DNA from: a virus
Lineage: Duplodnaviria; Caudoviricetes
DNA length: 63,708 nt
Reading direction: 5' to 3' (one strand)
Virus record (IMG/VR): IMGVR_UViG_3300042938_000824
Coordinates: 1 to 63,708 of that record
The notes beneath the pieces are model-generated. The model saw nothing but the letters and a program-made list of their open reading frames with translations. It was not told the origin of the DNA and ran no database searches. Positions 1 through 9,700 of this stretch are shown here, piece by piece. The position numbers and the translations under genes are program-made. Each line of letters begins with the position of its first letter. Position 1 is the stretch's first letter.

Positions 1-127
1 TGAAGCCGCGCGAGATGTGGATTTATCGGACCGAAGAAAAGATCGGCAAGCGCAGCACCGGCTTCTTCGCCCGCCCCGGCGCTGACCCCGACGACAAGTC
101 GGAGCAGGTAGAAATTCTGGGTGCCGG
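1..127. repeat. 127-bp terminal direct repeat identical to 63582-63708 (circular-assembly overlap)
   Basis: Exact match starting tgaagccgcgcgagatgtgg; it falls within an open reading frame. Confidence 0.97.
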
Positions 128-2045
128 TTGCCAGTTCGCGGCCTTCGGGCAAAGAGATCCAGCAACCACCTACACATGGCCAGAGCAGTCATTGGCCGAC
201 TACAAGCTGATGGACCTGCCCGTCATCACCGCGGCTCAGGTCGAGGCGCTGAAGGACTTCGCGGTCCTCTTCTTCGAGGAACGCGGCCTCGTCCGCAAGA
301 GCGCGGAGGGCGGCACCGACGAGGGCTACACCCACGTCTACGACCTCACGCCCGACATGGTCTTCGACGTCCGCAATATCGGCAACATGACCGTCGCCGA
401 AATGCAGACGTACCTCGAAGGCCAGCCGGAGAACACCGAACTCAGGTGCCGGGTTCAGGCTCTTCGACCGGGCACATCCGGCTCGCTGGCAGGGCAGGCG
501 TCCCTGTCCAATGGCGTAGTCTGCATCTCGGACCATGGCTCGTACACCAGCCACTTCCCCGCCGACCTTGGCACCAGCAACAAGCTCGAGGAGCTTGGTG
601 CCCTGCTCGAGAGCCGGGTGGTCGCCTCCATATTCAAGCGGCCAGAACCCATCATCGAAACCAAGCGGTCGATGGAGGTCCAGCCGCACGGCGTTTACGA
701 GGACAACTACGGCATCGTGCTGCGCAGGTACGTCTACGTGTCGGAGATGGACACTGTCGCCGACGTGGTCACCAACCGCTTCGACATGCCGCTGGTCAAC
801 TTCCGCAACCTTCTTGCCCCCTACTACACGGTCGAGATCGGGCCAAAGAAGGGTGAGACGCTGCACTACATGGCCGACCACTGGCTGCGCGACAAGGACA
901 GGCAAGAGGTCAGGCTGGCCCTGATGCGGCCCGACAAGGCGTACCCCCTCTTCGAGGACAAGGGCGACAAGTACTTCAACACCTACCGCGACCTTGAGTT
1001 GCCGACGCATGGTCAGGCCGCCCTCGGTTTCGACCTGCTGGAGAAGCTGCTGCCCATCCACGCCGAGCGTCACTACTTCACCCAATGGCTCAGCTTCAAG
1101 GTCCAGCACCCCGACACCCGCGGCCCCGGCATCATGATGGTCGCCAACGACAGCTACGGCACAGGCCGAGGCACGCTCGTCGAACTCATCACGAAGATGT
1201 TCGCACCCGGGCTGGTACGCGAGATCGACTTCGAGACCCTCGCTGGCAGGGGCACGCAGGGCCAGTACAACGAGTGGCTGGCCGACGCCGTCATTGTCGC
1301 GGTGAACGAAGCGCAGGAGGTGACGGGCAGCGCGTGGCGGAGCCGCACCAATCTGTACGAACATCTCAAGGAAGTGATCGACCCCGGCAAGCATTCGGTC
1401 TACGTGAAGCGCAAGGGCCTGAAGAACTACATGGGCCGCACCTCGGCCAGCCTGCTGATCATGACCAACCATGCCGACAGCGTGGCGATACCCAAGGGCG
1501 ACCGCCGCATCGCGGTTCTGGAGAATGGCCAGAAGCAGCCGCAGGAATACTGGAACCGCTTCAGGTCGTGGATGAACGAGGACGCCAACGTCGGCGCATT
1601 CGTCGAGCAGTTGAAGAAGTACCCCCTAGAGGGCTACCACCCGTTCGCGCCGCCGCCGCTCACCCACGCCAAGGCCGACATGATTGATGCCAGCACCAGC
1701 GCGCTGGATCAGGCGGTCAACCATGTTCTTGCAGAGATGCCCGGATCCCTGCTCACGCGCGAGCAGTTGGTCTTCGCGCTCGAGCGCTACGTCATCGAGT
1801 ACAGCGTAGAGATGCCGATGGACTGGCAGAAGGCAATTCTGTCGATCTATCAGCGGCGCACGCGCACGCCCTTGGGCGGCCCCAACGCCGTGCTCATCGA
1901 CGGCAAGATGCGGTTCATCAGGCAGCTCAAGACACCGCCGCCGGGTACTTTCGACACGGACCAAGCCACCGTGTCGGAGGTGCTGTTGAACGGGCTTCTG
2001 TCCCGGCCTTTGCAGAACGCGGGCAAAGCGGTAACCTTGGGGTAG
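15..2045 (+). CDS. Primase-helicase, C-terminal part (DUF5906/SF3-like NTPase); continues from 63263 across the junction, about 787 aa in total
   Basis: Walker A-like SYGTGRGT, Walker B-like VAVNE, TNH and DRR motifs; in frame with ATG 63263. Confidence 0.85.
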   Translation: MWIYRTEEKIGKRSTGFFARPGADPDDKSEQVEILGAGCQFAAFGQRDPATTYTWPEQSLADYKLMDLPVITAAQVEALKDFAVLFFEERGLVRKSAEGGTDEGYTHVYDLTPDMVFDVRNIGNMTVAEMQTYLEGQPENTELRCRVQALRPGTSGSLAGQASLSNGVVCISDHGSYTSHFPADLGTSNKLEELGALLESRVVASIFKRPEPIIETKRSMEVQPHGVYEDNYGIVLRRYVYVSEMDTVADVVTNRFDMPLVNFRNLLAPYYTVEIGPKKGETLHYMADHWLRDKDRQEVRLALMRPDKAYPLFEDKGDKYFNTYRDLELPTHGQAALGFDLLEKLLPIHAERHYFTQWLSFKVQHPDTRGPGIMMVANDSYGTGRGTLVELITKMFAPGLVREIDFETLAGRGTQGQYNEWLADAVIVAVNEAQEVTGSAWRSRTNLYEHLKEVIDPGKHSVYVKRKGLKNYMGRTSASLLIMTNHADSVAIPKGDRRIAVLENGQKQPQEYWNRFRSWMNEDANVGAFVEQLKKYPLEGYHPFAPPPLTHAKADMIDASTSALDQAVNHVLAEMPGSLLTREQLVFALERYVIEYSVEMPMDWQKAILSIYQRRTRTPLGGPNAVLIDGKMRFIRQLKTPPPGTFDTDQATVSEVLLNGLLSRPLQNAGKAVTLG

Positions 2046-2063
2046 CAAACCCGGAGGTTAGCT

Positions 2064-2774
2064 ATGGACTTTGATGTCGTTCGCCCCCTCTTCGGAGGCA
2101 AGCTGACCCAGAAACAGGTCGACGGAATAAACCACCTCGTGTCGATGTGGGGTCGCTACGGCGACGGAGACCGGTACAAACTCTCGTACCTGCTGGCGAC
2201 TACGGCGTGGGAGACGGCCTACACCATGCAGCCGATCCACGAGCGCGGGCCCAAGAGCTACTTCAGCAAGTACGAACCCGGCACCTCAATCGGTAAGGCC
2301 TTGGGGAATACAACGGCGGGAGACGGCTACAAGTTCCGAGGCCGTGGTCACGTACAGCTTACCGGTCGCCGGAACTACGCCAAGGCGGGGAAGGCCTTCG
2401 GCATAGACCTCATCAAGGAACCAGACCTCGCCTTGACGCCTGACGTATCCGCCCGCGTCCTGATCACAGGATGCCTCGAGGGCTGGTTCACGGGGCGTAG
2501 TCTGGGCCAGTACATTACTCCAGACCTGATCGACTATAAGAACGCGCGCCGAGTCGTTAATGGTCTGGACAAGGCGGCACAGATTGCCGAGATGGCGAAG
2601 GTATTCGAGAGCGCTCTCGGCGTCCGCATACCGGCCCCGCCTCTCACGCAGCCGCGACCAACGCCCGCCACAATTGACAAGCCGAAGCCTTTACCGCAAG
2701 CCTCATTCTGGGTTAGGTTGCAGGCACTTGCAGGTCTGTTCCTCGCGGCGCTGAAGAGGGCCTTTTTCAAATGA
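2064..2774 (+). CDS. Endolysin, glycoside hydrolase family 19-like
   Basis: YLLAT..WET and GDGYKFRGRGHVQLTGRRNY motifs; GGAGG RBS; Pro-rich linker and hydrophobic/basic C-terminal helix. Confidence 0.88.
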   Translation: MDFDVVRPLFGGKLTQKQVDGINHLVSMWGRYGDGDRYKLSYLLATTAWETAYTMQPIHERGPKSYFSKYEPGTSIGKALGNTTAGDGYKFRGRGHVQLTGRRNYAKAGKAFGIDLIKEPDLALTPDVSARVLITGCLEGWFTGRSLGQYITPDLIDYKNARRVVNGLDKAAQIAEMAKVFESALGVRIPAPPLTQPRPTPATIDKPKPLPQASFWVRLQALAGLFLAALKRAFFK

Positions 2775-3007
2775 TAAAGCCTTGGTACACCAGCCGAACC
2801 ATGTGGCTGAACATTGCATCTATCGTCACAACTCTGGCGACGCTTGGTTTGTCTAACCTGTCGTTGCTTGGTCTTCCAGATTACGCCCTGTTTTGGTGGA
2901 TGCTGGGCCTGACCCTAGTGGTCAACGTCTCGAACATTGTTCTGAGGTTGGGGACCACGGACGCCATCGGGAAGTCTGAAGACGGCTTCACGGGCGAGAA
3001 CACATGA
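2771..3007 (+). CDS. Two-TM membrane protein, holin-like
   Basis: KPWYTSRTMWLN start, two hydrophobic helices, ATGA overlap with endolysin. Confidence 0.65.
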   Translation: MIKPWYTSRTMWLNIASIVTTLATLGLSNLSLLGLPDYALFWWMLGLTLVVNVSNIVLRLGTTDAIGKSEDGFTGENT

Positions 3008-3378
3008 ACATTCTCGGCCTTCTCAATCCGCTAGGCGCGTTGAAGGACGGTCTTGTCTCTGCGCAAAAGCAGTGGCTCGACGCCAAGAACGACGCCTCCC
3101 GGCTGAAGGCCGAGGAGAACATGGCCTACTTCAAGGGCCAGATCGAACTGGCGGTCGCCGCCAGCAGGTATGACAAGTGGTACTCGGTGCGGTCGCTGAT
3201 CGGCTACTGCGTCGTGATCTTGGTCGCGAAGCTCCTCATCTGGGACACGGTCCTTGGGTGGGGTGTAACCCCCAACCCCGGCCAGTTGGTGATGTGGATC
3301 ACGGTTACCGTGATCGGGTTCTACTTCGCGAGCAAGACAGCCATTGACGTCGCTCGCATTATACGAGGCGGGAAATGA
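3004..3378 (+). CDS. Holin-like membrane protein
   Basis: Hydrophobic helices and VIGFYF motif; ATGA-coupled within lysis cassette. Confidence 0.65.
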   Translation: MNILGLLNPLGALKDGLVSAQKQWLDAKNDASRLKAEENMAYFKGQIELAVAASRYDKWYSVRSLIGYCVVILVAKLLIWDTVLGWGVTPNPGQLVMWITVTVIGFYFASKTAIDVARIIRGGK

Positions 3379-3689
3379 ACCTGTTCGGTCACGATATTGC
3401 GTTCTGGTTTGCAGCCTTTGGGTCGGCGGCGCTCAAGATAGTTCTGAGCCCGTGGATGGGCGTATGGCAAGGGGTCATCTCCGTCGGTGCCGCGTTGTTC
3501 TGCGCGATTGTCTTCACCTCGCCCGTGCTGAACTACCTGAACATGGACCCCGAAACGTACAAGGCCGCTCTCGCGGCCTTGATTGCGCTGACGGGTGAGA
3601 GCATCGTCAGGTCGATGCTTCAGCTTGTGACCGAGCCGGGTAAGCTTGCGGACATGATCAAGTCCATTCGCGGCGGTGGCGGGAAATGA
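3375..3689 (+). CDS. Membrane protein, putative holin
   Basis: 2-3 hydrophobic segments; ATGA-coupled. Confidence 0.6.
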   Translation: MNLFGHDIAFWFAAFGSAALKIVLSPWMGVWQGVISVGAALFCAIVFTSPVLNYLNMDPETYKAALAALIALTGESIVRSMLQLVTEPGKLADMIKSIRGGGGK

Positions 3690-3787
3690 AGACGGGCCTC
3701 AGACTGCCATGGTTCTGGGTATTGGTGGCCGCGTGGGCCACCGTCCTCCTGATCGCGTGGGCCACCAACACCGGCCTTATCAGTTGA
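3686..3787 (+). CDS. 33-aa single-TM peptide (not in ORF track)
   Basis: MKTGLRLPWFWVLVAAWATVLLIAWATNTGLIS*; ATGA overlap with the upstream gene. Confidence 0.55.
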   Translation: MKTGLRLPWFWVLVAAWATVLLIAWATNTGLIS

Positions 3788-6700
3788 CCTTGGCCCTCTT
3801 TTCCGCCTCGTCATAGTACGCCGCGACTGCGCGGTTCATCACTTCCGCCATGTCGTCGCGGATGTCGGACACCTTCTTCAGCCTTGCGGTCTGCGTCATG
3901 GTCTTGTTGTCCATCGCAGCGCGCAGCTTCTTCCGCAGATCCTTCAGCTGCCGGTCCGCCCGATCAAACGCGGACCGCACCCTTGAACTTGACGCGATGC
4001 GGGTCTTGCCTGAAGCCCGCAACTCCTTGTCCTCAAGTTCGTTCTCCGTGGTTTTTACCTCGCCAGCGAGGTCGTAGTATATGTCCTGCGCACCCCTCTT
4101 GGTCGAGGTTCCGGTCACGAAACGTTTGATCACCGGGATCTTGCCGAGGTCGACCTCTTCGCCAGCAATCACAGCCAGCGGTGCCTCCGTCAGCATGTAC
4201 TTGGCGTCGAGCAGGAACTTACCGGTGCCCGCAGTGGCGAACTCGAACCAGTACTGCAGGTGCTCAGGCGACCAGTCTAGGCCCCCCTTTCGCATCGCGT
4301 TGCCGCCCGTCAGGTCGTTGAGCTTTTGGGCCGCCCACACGAAGGTTCCATCCGTGCTCCGGTAGAAGCGCTCGCTCATGGGTTTGGTTTCGTCGTAGGT
4401 CGGCGGCACGATATCCATGTCCGCCCAATTCTTGTTGGACGCCAATTCGACAAGGGGGTCCACAAACCACGGCGATATGACCACGGCGGGGTTCGAGCTG
4501 GAACCGATGGGGCTGATCGCGCCTACCATGGCCGTGACCGCCCTGCCCATAGCTCCATCAGCCTTGATCGGCTGCCGGGGATTGGTGAAGCTGTCGATGG
4601 CTCGGTTGATATTGCGACCAAGGTTGTAGATCGCGCCATAGACGCCGATGGCCATCGGTATCTTCAACGGCTGGGTGATGCCGGGGACGCCGAACTTATG
4701 AACAGGCAAGACGATGTTGCGGGCCAGTTCGTCTTCCGACATCTGGTCGTAGTCCTTGATGCCGTTCTCGTCCTCATCATCGCTGACTGCGCGGTTGAGC
4801 GCGTCGAGCAAAACCGCCATGCCAATGACGCCGGTCAGGATACCTAGGCCCGCCTTCGACTTCAAGGCGCTGCCAGCCACGGCCATGCCGTTGGTGACGA
4901 CGCTCGCGAACAGGTAGCCGGTGTCCATGAGCTGCTTGTACTTGCCGCCCTTGTTGAAGTTGATGGTCAGGTTCTTGGCCGCGACACCAGCCTCGGTGAT
5001 TGATGCACCCGCATCACGCATGGCAGAGTACAGGCCCAAACGCATTGTGCCCTCGGCCACGTTGTTGAGGCCGTCCCACTTTGCCAGAGCGTAGTCGACA
5101 GCTTGGCCCGCCTTCGCGACAACGGCCTTGCCACCCTCCAAGGCACCGGCGTCACGGCGCAGCTTGTTGATCGTGGTCGCCAGATCGGTCGGCGCAAGGA
5201 AGGATACGATCCAGCCATTCTGCACCATCTCCTCGTAGTGGCGGGTCATCTTGCCGCTGCCCGGGGGAGCCTTCTGGTTGAGCTGGTACTCGCTGATCGC
5301 TATGGCGGCCTGCGGGATGCTGGCCACCATCTTCGGGATCAGGTTCTTTACGTCGTACTGCGCGGCGTTGATCAGGGCTTCCTGCGCGTCGCGCACGAAG
5401 TTGGTCAGCACGAAGTTCGGGTTACGCGACGTGATCAGCGCCGTGTAGGTCCGCCGCACCCACATCATTATCTGCAGGAGCTTGCCAAACTGCTCGATCA
5501 TCGGCGACCGCAGCGCATTGCTGATGTACATGTCGTCGGTCTGCAAGATGACGTCCTTGCCGTCTATCTTGAACACGAGGAAGCGTGGGTCGTTACGGAA
5601 TGAGGGGTCTACGATTTCTCGGATCATACCATCCGCGCCGTAGGCCAGACGCTTCGGGTACTGCGTCAGGATACTGATGCTGCCCTGCACCCCCGCAGCC
5701 TGCGCCTGCCGAATGGTATCGACCAGCGCCTTACCGACGCGGGCCCTCTCGCCCCTCATGACCGTCACGGCCTGCAAGGACACGAGGTTGGCGACGATGT
5801 CGCCAGCCTTGCTGGTGCGCCCGAACATACGCTTGTCGGGCCTCTTGCCCCACGACGTAAAGCCGCGACCGACGCCATCGGCCCGAGGTGGCTTCGTGAT
5901 GAAGTCGTTGGGGTCGGTGTCTTCGGTATCCCGCAGCGGCACCCAGTGCTGGAAGGGGGACGCGGCCAGAACGTCGGCGGTGATCTGCCCCGTTGCAAGC
6001 CGTGTTTGGTTGATGTCGGCAACGATGTCGTCAGCCATACGGCTGATCGCCATGAGGTCGGTGAAGGTGCCTTTCGCCCTTGCGTCGGCTATGATCTTGG
6101 CCGCCACGGCGTCGGTCATGCCAGAGGGGTCAGGCTTCTTCGAGCCGCGCGCACGCAGGTAATCGTTACGTTCCGGCGCGTGCAGGGCGTACAGGAAGTC
6201 GATCACGTCGTCATACGTAAAGCGCTTGGCCTTGATGCCCGCCTTCATGGCGTCAGTCAGCGGCGTGATGAACTGGCGCTCGCGCTGCTGGACTTGGAAG
6301 GCTGCCGCGCTACCGACCGACTGCTCGACGATGTAGGCGTTGAGGTCGGCAGGGATCGGGAGACCTTTCCTGACAAGCTCGTCGTAGTACTCCTTGATGG
6401 GCAGGAAGTTGTCCTGAAAGTTTATGCGGAGGTCAAAGATGCTGCCAGCGATGGGTATCGCCCGCTTGCTGCGCCCGAAGTTGTGCAGGTTCGTGCTGAA
6501 CCAGCCCTGCACCCTGTCGTAGATATTGCGGTGCACCATGCCGCCGTGGGGCGTAACCCGCGCGCGCGGACGACCCCTGCTGTAGCGGATGTCGGACCCA
6601 GCCGCAGACCAAGAGCCGCGGTCGGCAACGGCTGCCTTTGCCTGAGTTGGCTGGAAGGTGATGTAGGCGTCAGGCCCATCGGGTTCGGTACGGTACACGA

Positions 6701-9700
6701 TGCCGTCGTAGCCAGCCTCCATCACGGCGTCCTGCAAAGCGACGGGCCCATTGACCGTGTTGTCCATCACGCTGCGATAGAAGTCGGCGTCGATGACACC
6801 GAGGTCCAGCAACTGCTTGGCGACAGCGTCAGTTTTGAACGAGCCATCGTCTACGAGGGCCAGCGGGTTCTGGATCGACAGATATGACGGGTACCCCGGC
6901 CCCCGGTCACCTTGCGTGTTCGCCTGATCGACAGAGCCGAAGTGCGACCTGAACTCCGACGCCCTCGTGTCGAAGACACCGAGGTTACTGTCAGGAGTAC
7001 CGAGATCGTACACCCTCTTCGGCGCGCCGCTCTCGTCGACGACAGCGCTCTGCTTGAACCACGAATTGAAGGCGACGCTCGACAGGCCCTGACGCGGACC
7101 ACGCCGTTCGATGTCGAACTCGTACATGCCGAGCATGTCGACGAGGCTGCCGTTGGCGGTGAGCGTGTCGGCGTTCTCGATCTGCCCCTTGCCTGAAGGG
7201 TACAAGACCACGGGCATCGCCGTGGACTTACCAACGAGGGCGCGGGCCATGCCAACGCCATCGCTGTTCATGACCGGTACGGCACCAACCTTGCCGCTCT
7301 CGACAACGAGCGACGGCATGGTGTTGAACTTGAGGCCGTCGTTGGCCGCTGCGTTGTAGAGGGCCTGCTCGCGCACCGGTGCGGGGTCAGCGAGGCGCAG
7401 GAAGTCTTCGGGGTTCATGTAGACCAGCACGGCACCACGGTCGCCGTCACGCGCCATCTGCAACTGCTGGTACGCAACGTCGCCACCGAAGAAGGCGTTG
7501 CCGTCGCGCGTCTCGCTGAAGGCTGGAGCCGACGTATCGGCAGGCGATACCACCGCAGCCGCGGACCGCTTCGGGTCGCCGTAGTATTTGCCGCCGGGCA
7601 CGACGTCGTCGAGCATGGCGTAGAACTCAGGCGAGCCGACGTTGTAGCTGTTGGCCGCGGTAAGCTCCCCCATGTTGCCAGCACGGCCATCCAGCCATGT
7701 CCACTCTGGCATCAGGCCGGTCTTCTGGTCAGCGAAGACGGTATCCTCAACCGATGCGGAACGGTTCTTCTCGCCGTACGGGCCGTAGTTCAGCCAAGAG
7801 TTCTGGCCCCTCGTCTCGGTCGTGATCGCGCCGACAGCCGGTCCTTGGAACAGACGGACGTGGGCCTGCCACGCATTCTCTTCGCCGCGCGCACGGAAAC
7901 CAGCCCCCTCGAGGCCGTGGCCGAAGGCGTCGTGAACGGCGCGGAAGAGGTCGTTGGCCGTCACGTTGCGGAGGGGACCGGTCGGTGACCCCCACGCCCA
8001 CTTGATGTCGGTGCTTTGCAGGAGGGGATTACCGGTGACGTCGACGTCCGTGGCCCCGCTGCCGAAGCCGTCGGAAGTCGGGAACACCGCCATGCGCTTA
8101 TTGGCGCGCAGATCGCGCATGGCGTTCCACGGATTGCCGAAGCCGCCCTGCTGCCCTTCGTACGGATCCCGCCCATCGGGGTCACGGAAGTAGAACTGGT
8201 ACCCAGCCTGCTCGAGCGCGCGGTACTGGGCCACGGTCTGGCGGATTAAGTCTTGGTACGCCGCCACGACCTTTGGGTCTGTGGGGGCGTGCGGCATGAC
8301 ATCATAAGCCGCGGCGATACGCGCCGCGCGCTTGGGGTCTACCTCGACAAATTCGGATTGACGCCGGAGGTCGATGCCGTTGTCCCGAGCGTATTGCTCT
8401 GCGACGGCGAGGAGGCGCGCGTCCGGGCCCGATGCTCCTGCAACATTTGGCGCGCCTTCAAGAGGCGTACTGCTTGGGGTCGGTATCCGTCCTCCTCCGT
8501 CTCGGGAGGGGAGCCGCGACTGTTCCGCTGGTCCATACTTTATTCCTCGGCTGTAGAGATAGAAGTCACCCCGCCCCGGTACGCTTTGCCCGGAGGTAGA
8601 TCCATCAGCTCCTCTGGCATATCCACGATCTGCTGCCAGTTGTCCGGTACCGGACCGCTGAACGCGAGCGCGAGCCAGTTCTCCCTCGTAAGAGGTCGGC
8701 CTAGCCGCTGCAGCGCTACCACTATCGGGTCCGAGCCAAGTCGGGTCATTGATGCCTCCTGCAAGAGCCTCGATCTGCGTCCGGGCCGCGCCAACATCCA
8801 ACGCACCGGTCTTCACCGCGTTCCAGACGTTGAGCACCTGTTGTACTTTACCGGCGTTCCGCTTGTCAACGGCGGGAAATAAACCACGTATGGCCTCCCA
8901 CGTAATTGACTGCAATTCGCGCGGCAGAATGCCGAGCTGCTCGGCAGCGCGACGGTAAGCCTCGGCGTAGATACCGTAGGTACCTTGCGCGCCGTTGTCC
9001 GCGATATTTCTGGCCGCGATCCAACCAAGGGGCTGCTTCGATACGCCGGGGCTGGAGCCGAAGTTGTGGTGGACTTCAGGTGAGCTGCCCGACAACGGGC
9101 GTATCAGTGCCGCGGCCACCGCGTGGGTGTCGATTGTTACGTCACCCCACGGCGCTTTCGGCGCGAGGATGTTGTTATAGAAGTTGCGGACCTTGTGCTT
9201 CTCGCCCATCCGCTCGCTGACATTGTCGCGGGTCGGGTTGCCAATGGCACTGATCGCCTTGGCAATTTCGACGTTCGAGCCCCACGCCACGTTGCCTTCA
9301 GGCTGACCGATGAACTCGCCTTCGGGGCTGACCGTGCGGAACCCGCGCGGGTTGTAGGTCTCGTCGTAGATGCGGACCCACATGGCCTTGGTCAGGTCAT
9401 CCGGCATGTCGGTGAGCGTGCCGTTAAGCACGGTCTGCACATCATTGGCGTAGTCGGGTTTGGCGTAGATGCGCTGAGCGGTCGCGGCCATCTCCGGCGT
9501 AGGAGTGAACGCCCGATTGTTGCCGGTGGTGAACGATGTATAAATGTCGAGTACGCGCTCGGCGAGACTGACGTTCTGATACCAGTCTTTTTGCGGCGAC
9601 AATGACGCCAGCACCCCCGCGACAACGTAGTCGGGGAGATTGTACTGACGCGCCCAGCGTTCGGTGATGGTACGAGCGCCGTCGTACCAAAGCTTCGAGC

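Noticed and set aside
8339-8749. Frameshift or assembly error as the explanation for the nested ORFs
   Set aside because: The host frame stays open throughout and carries the YSRG motif; the nested ORFs have their own starts and stops
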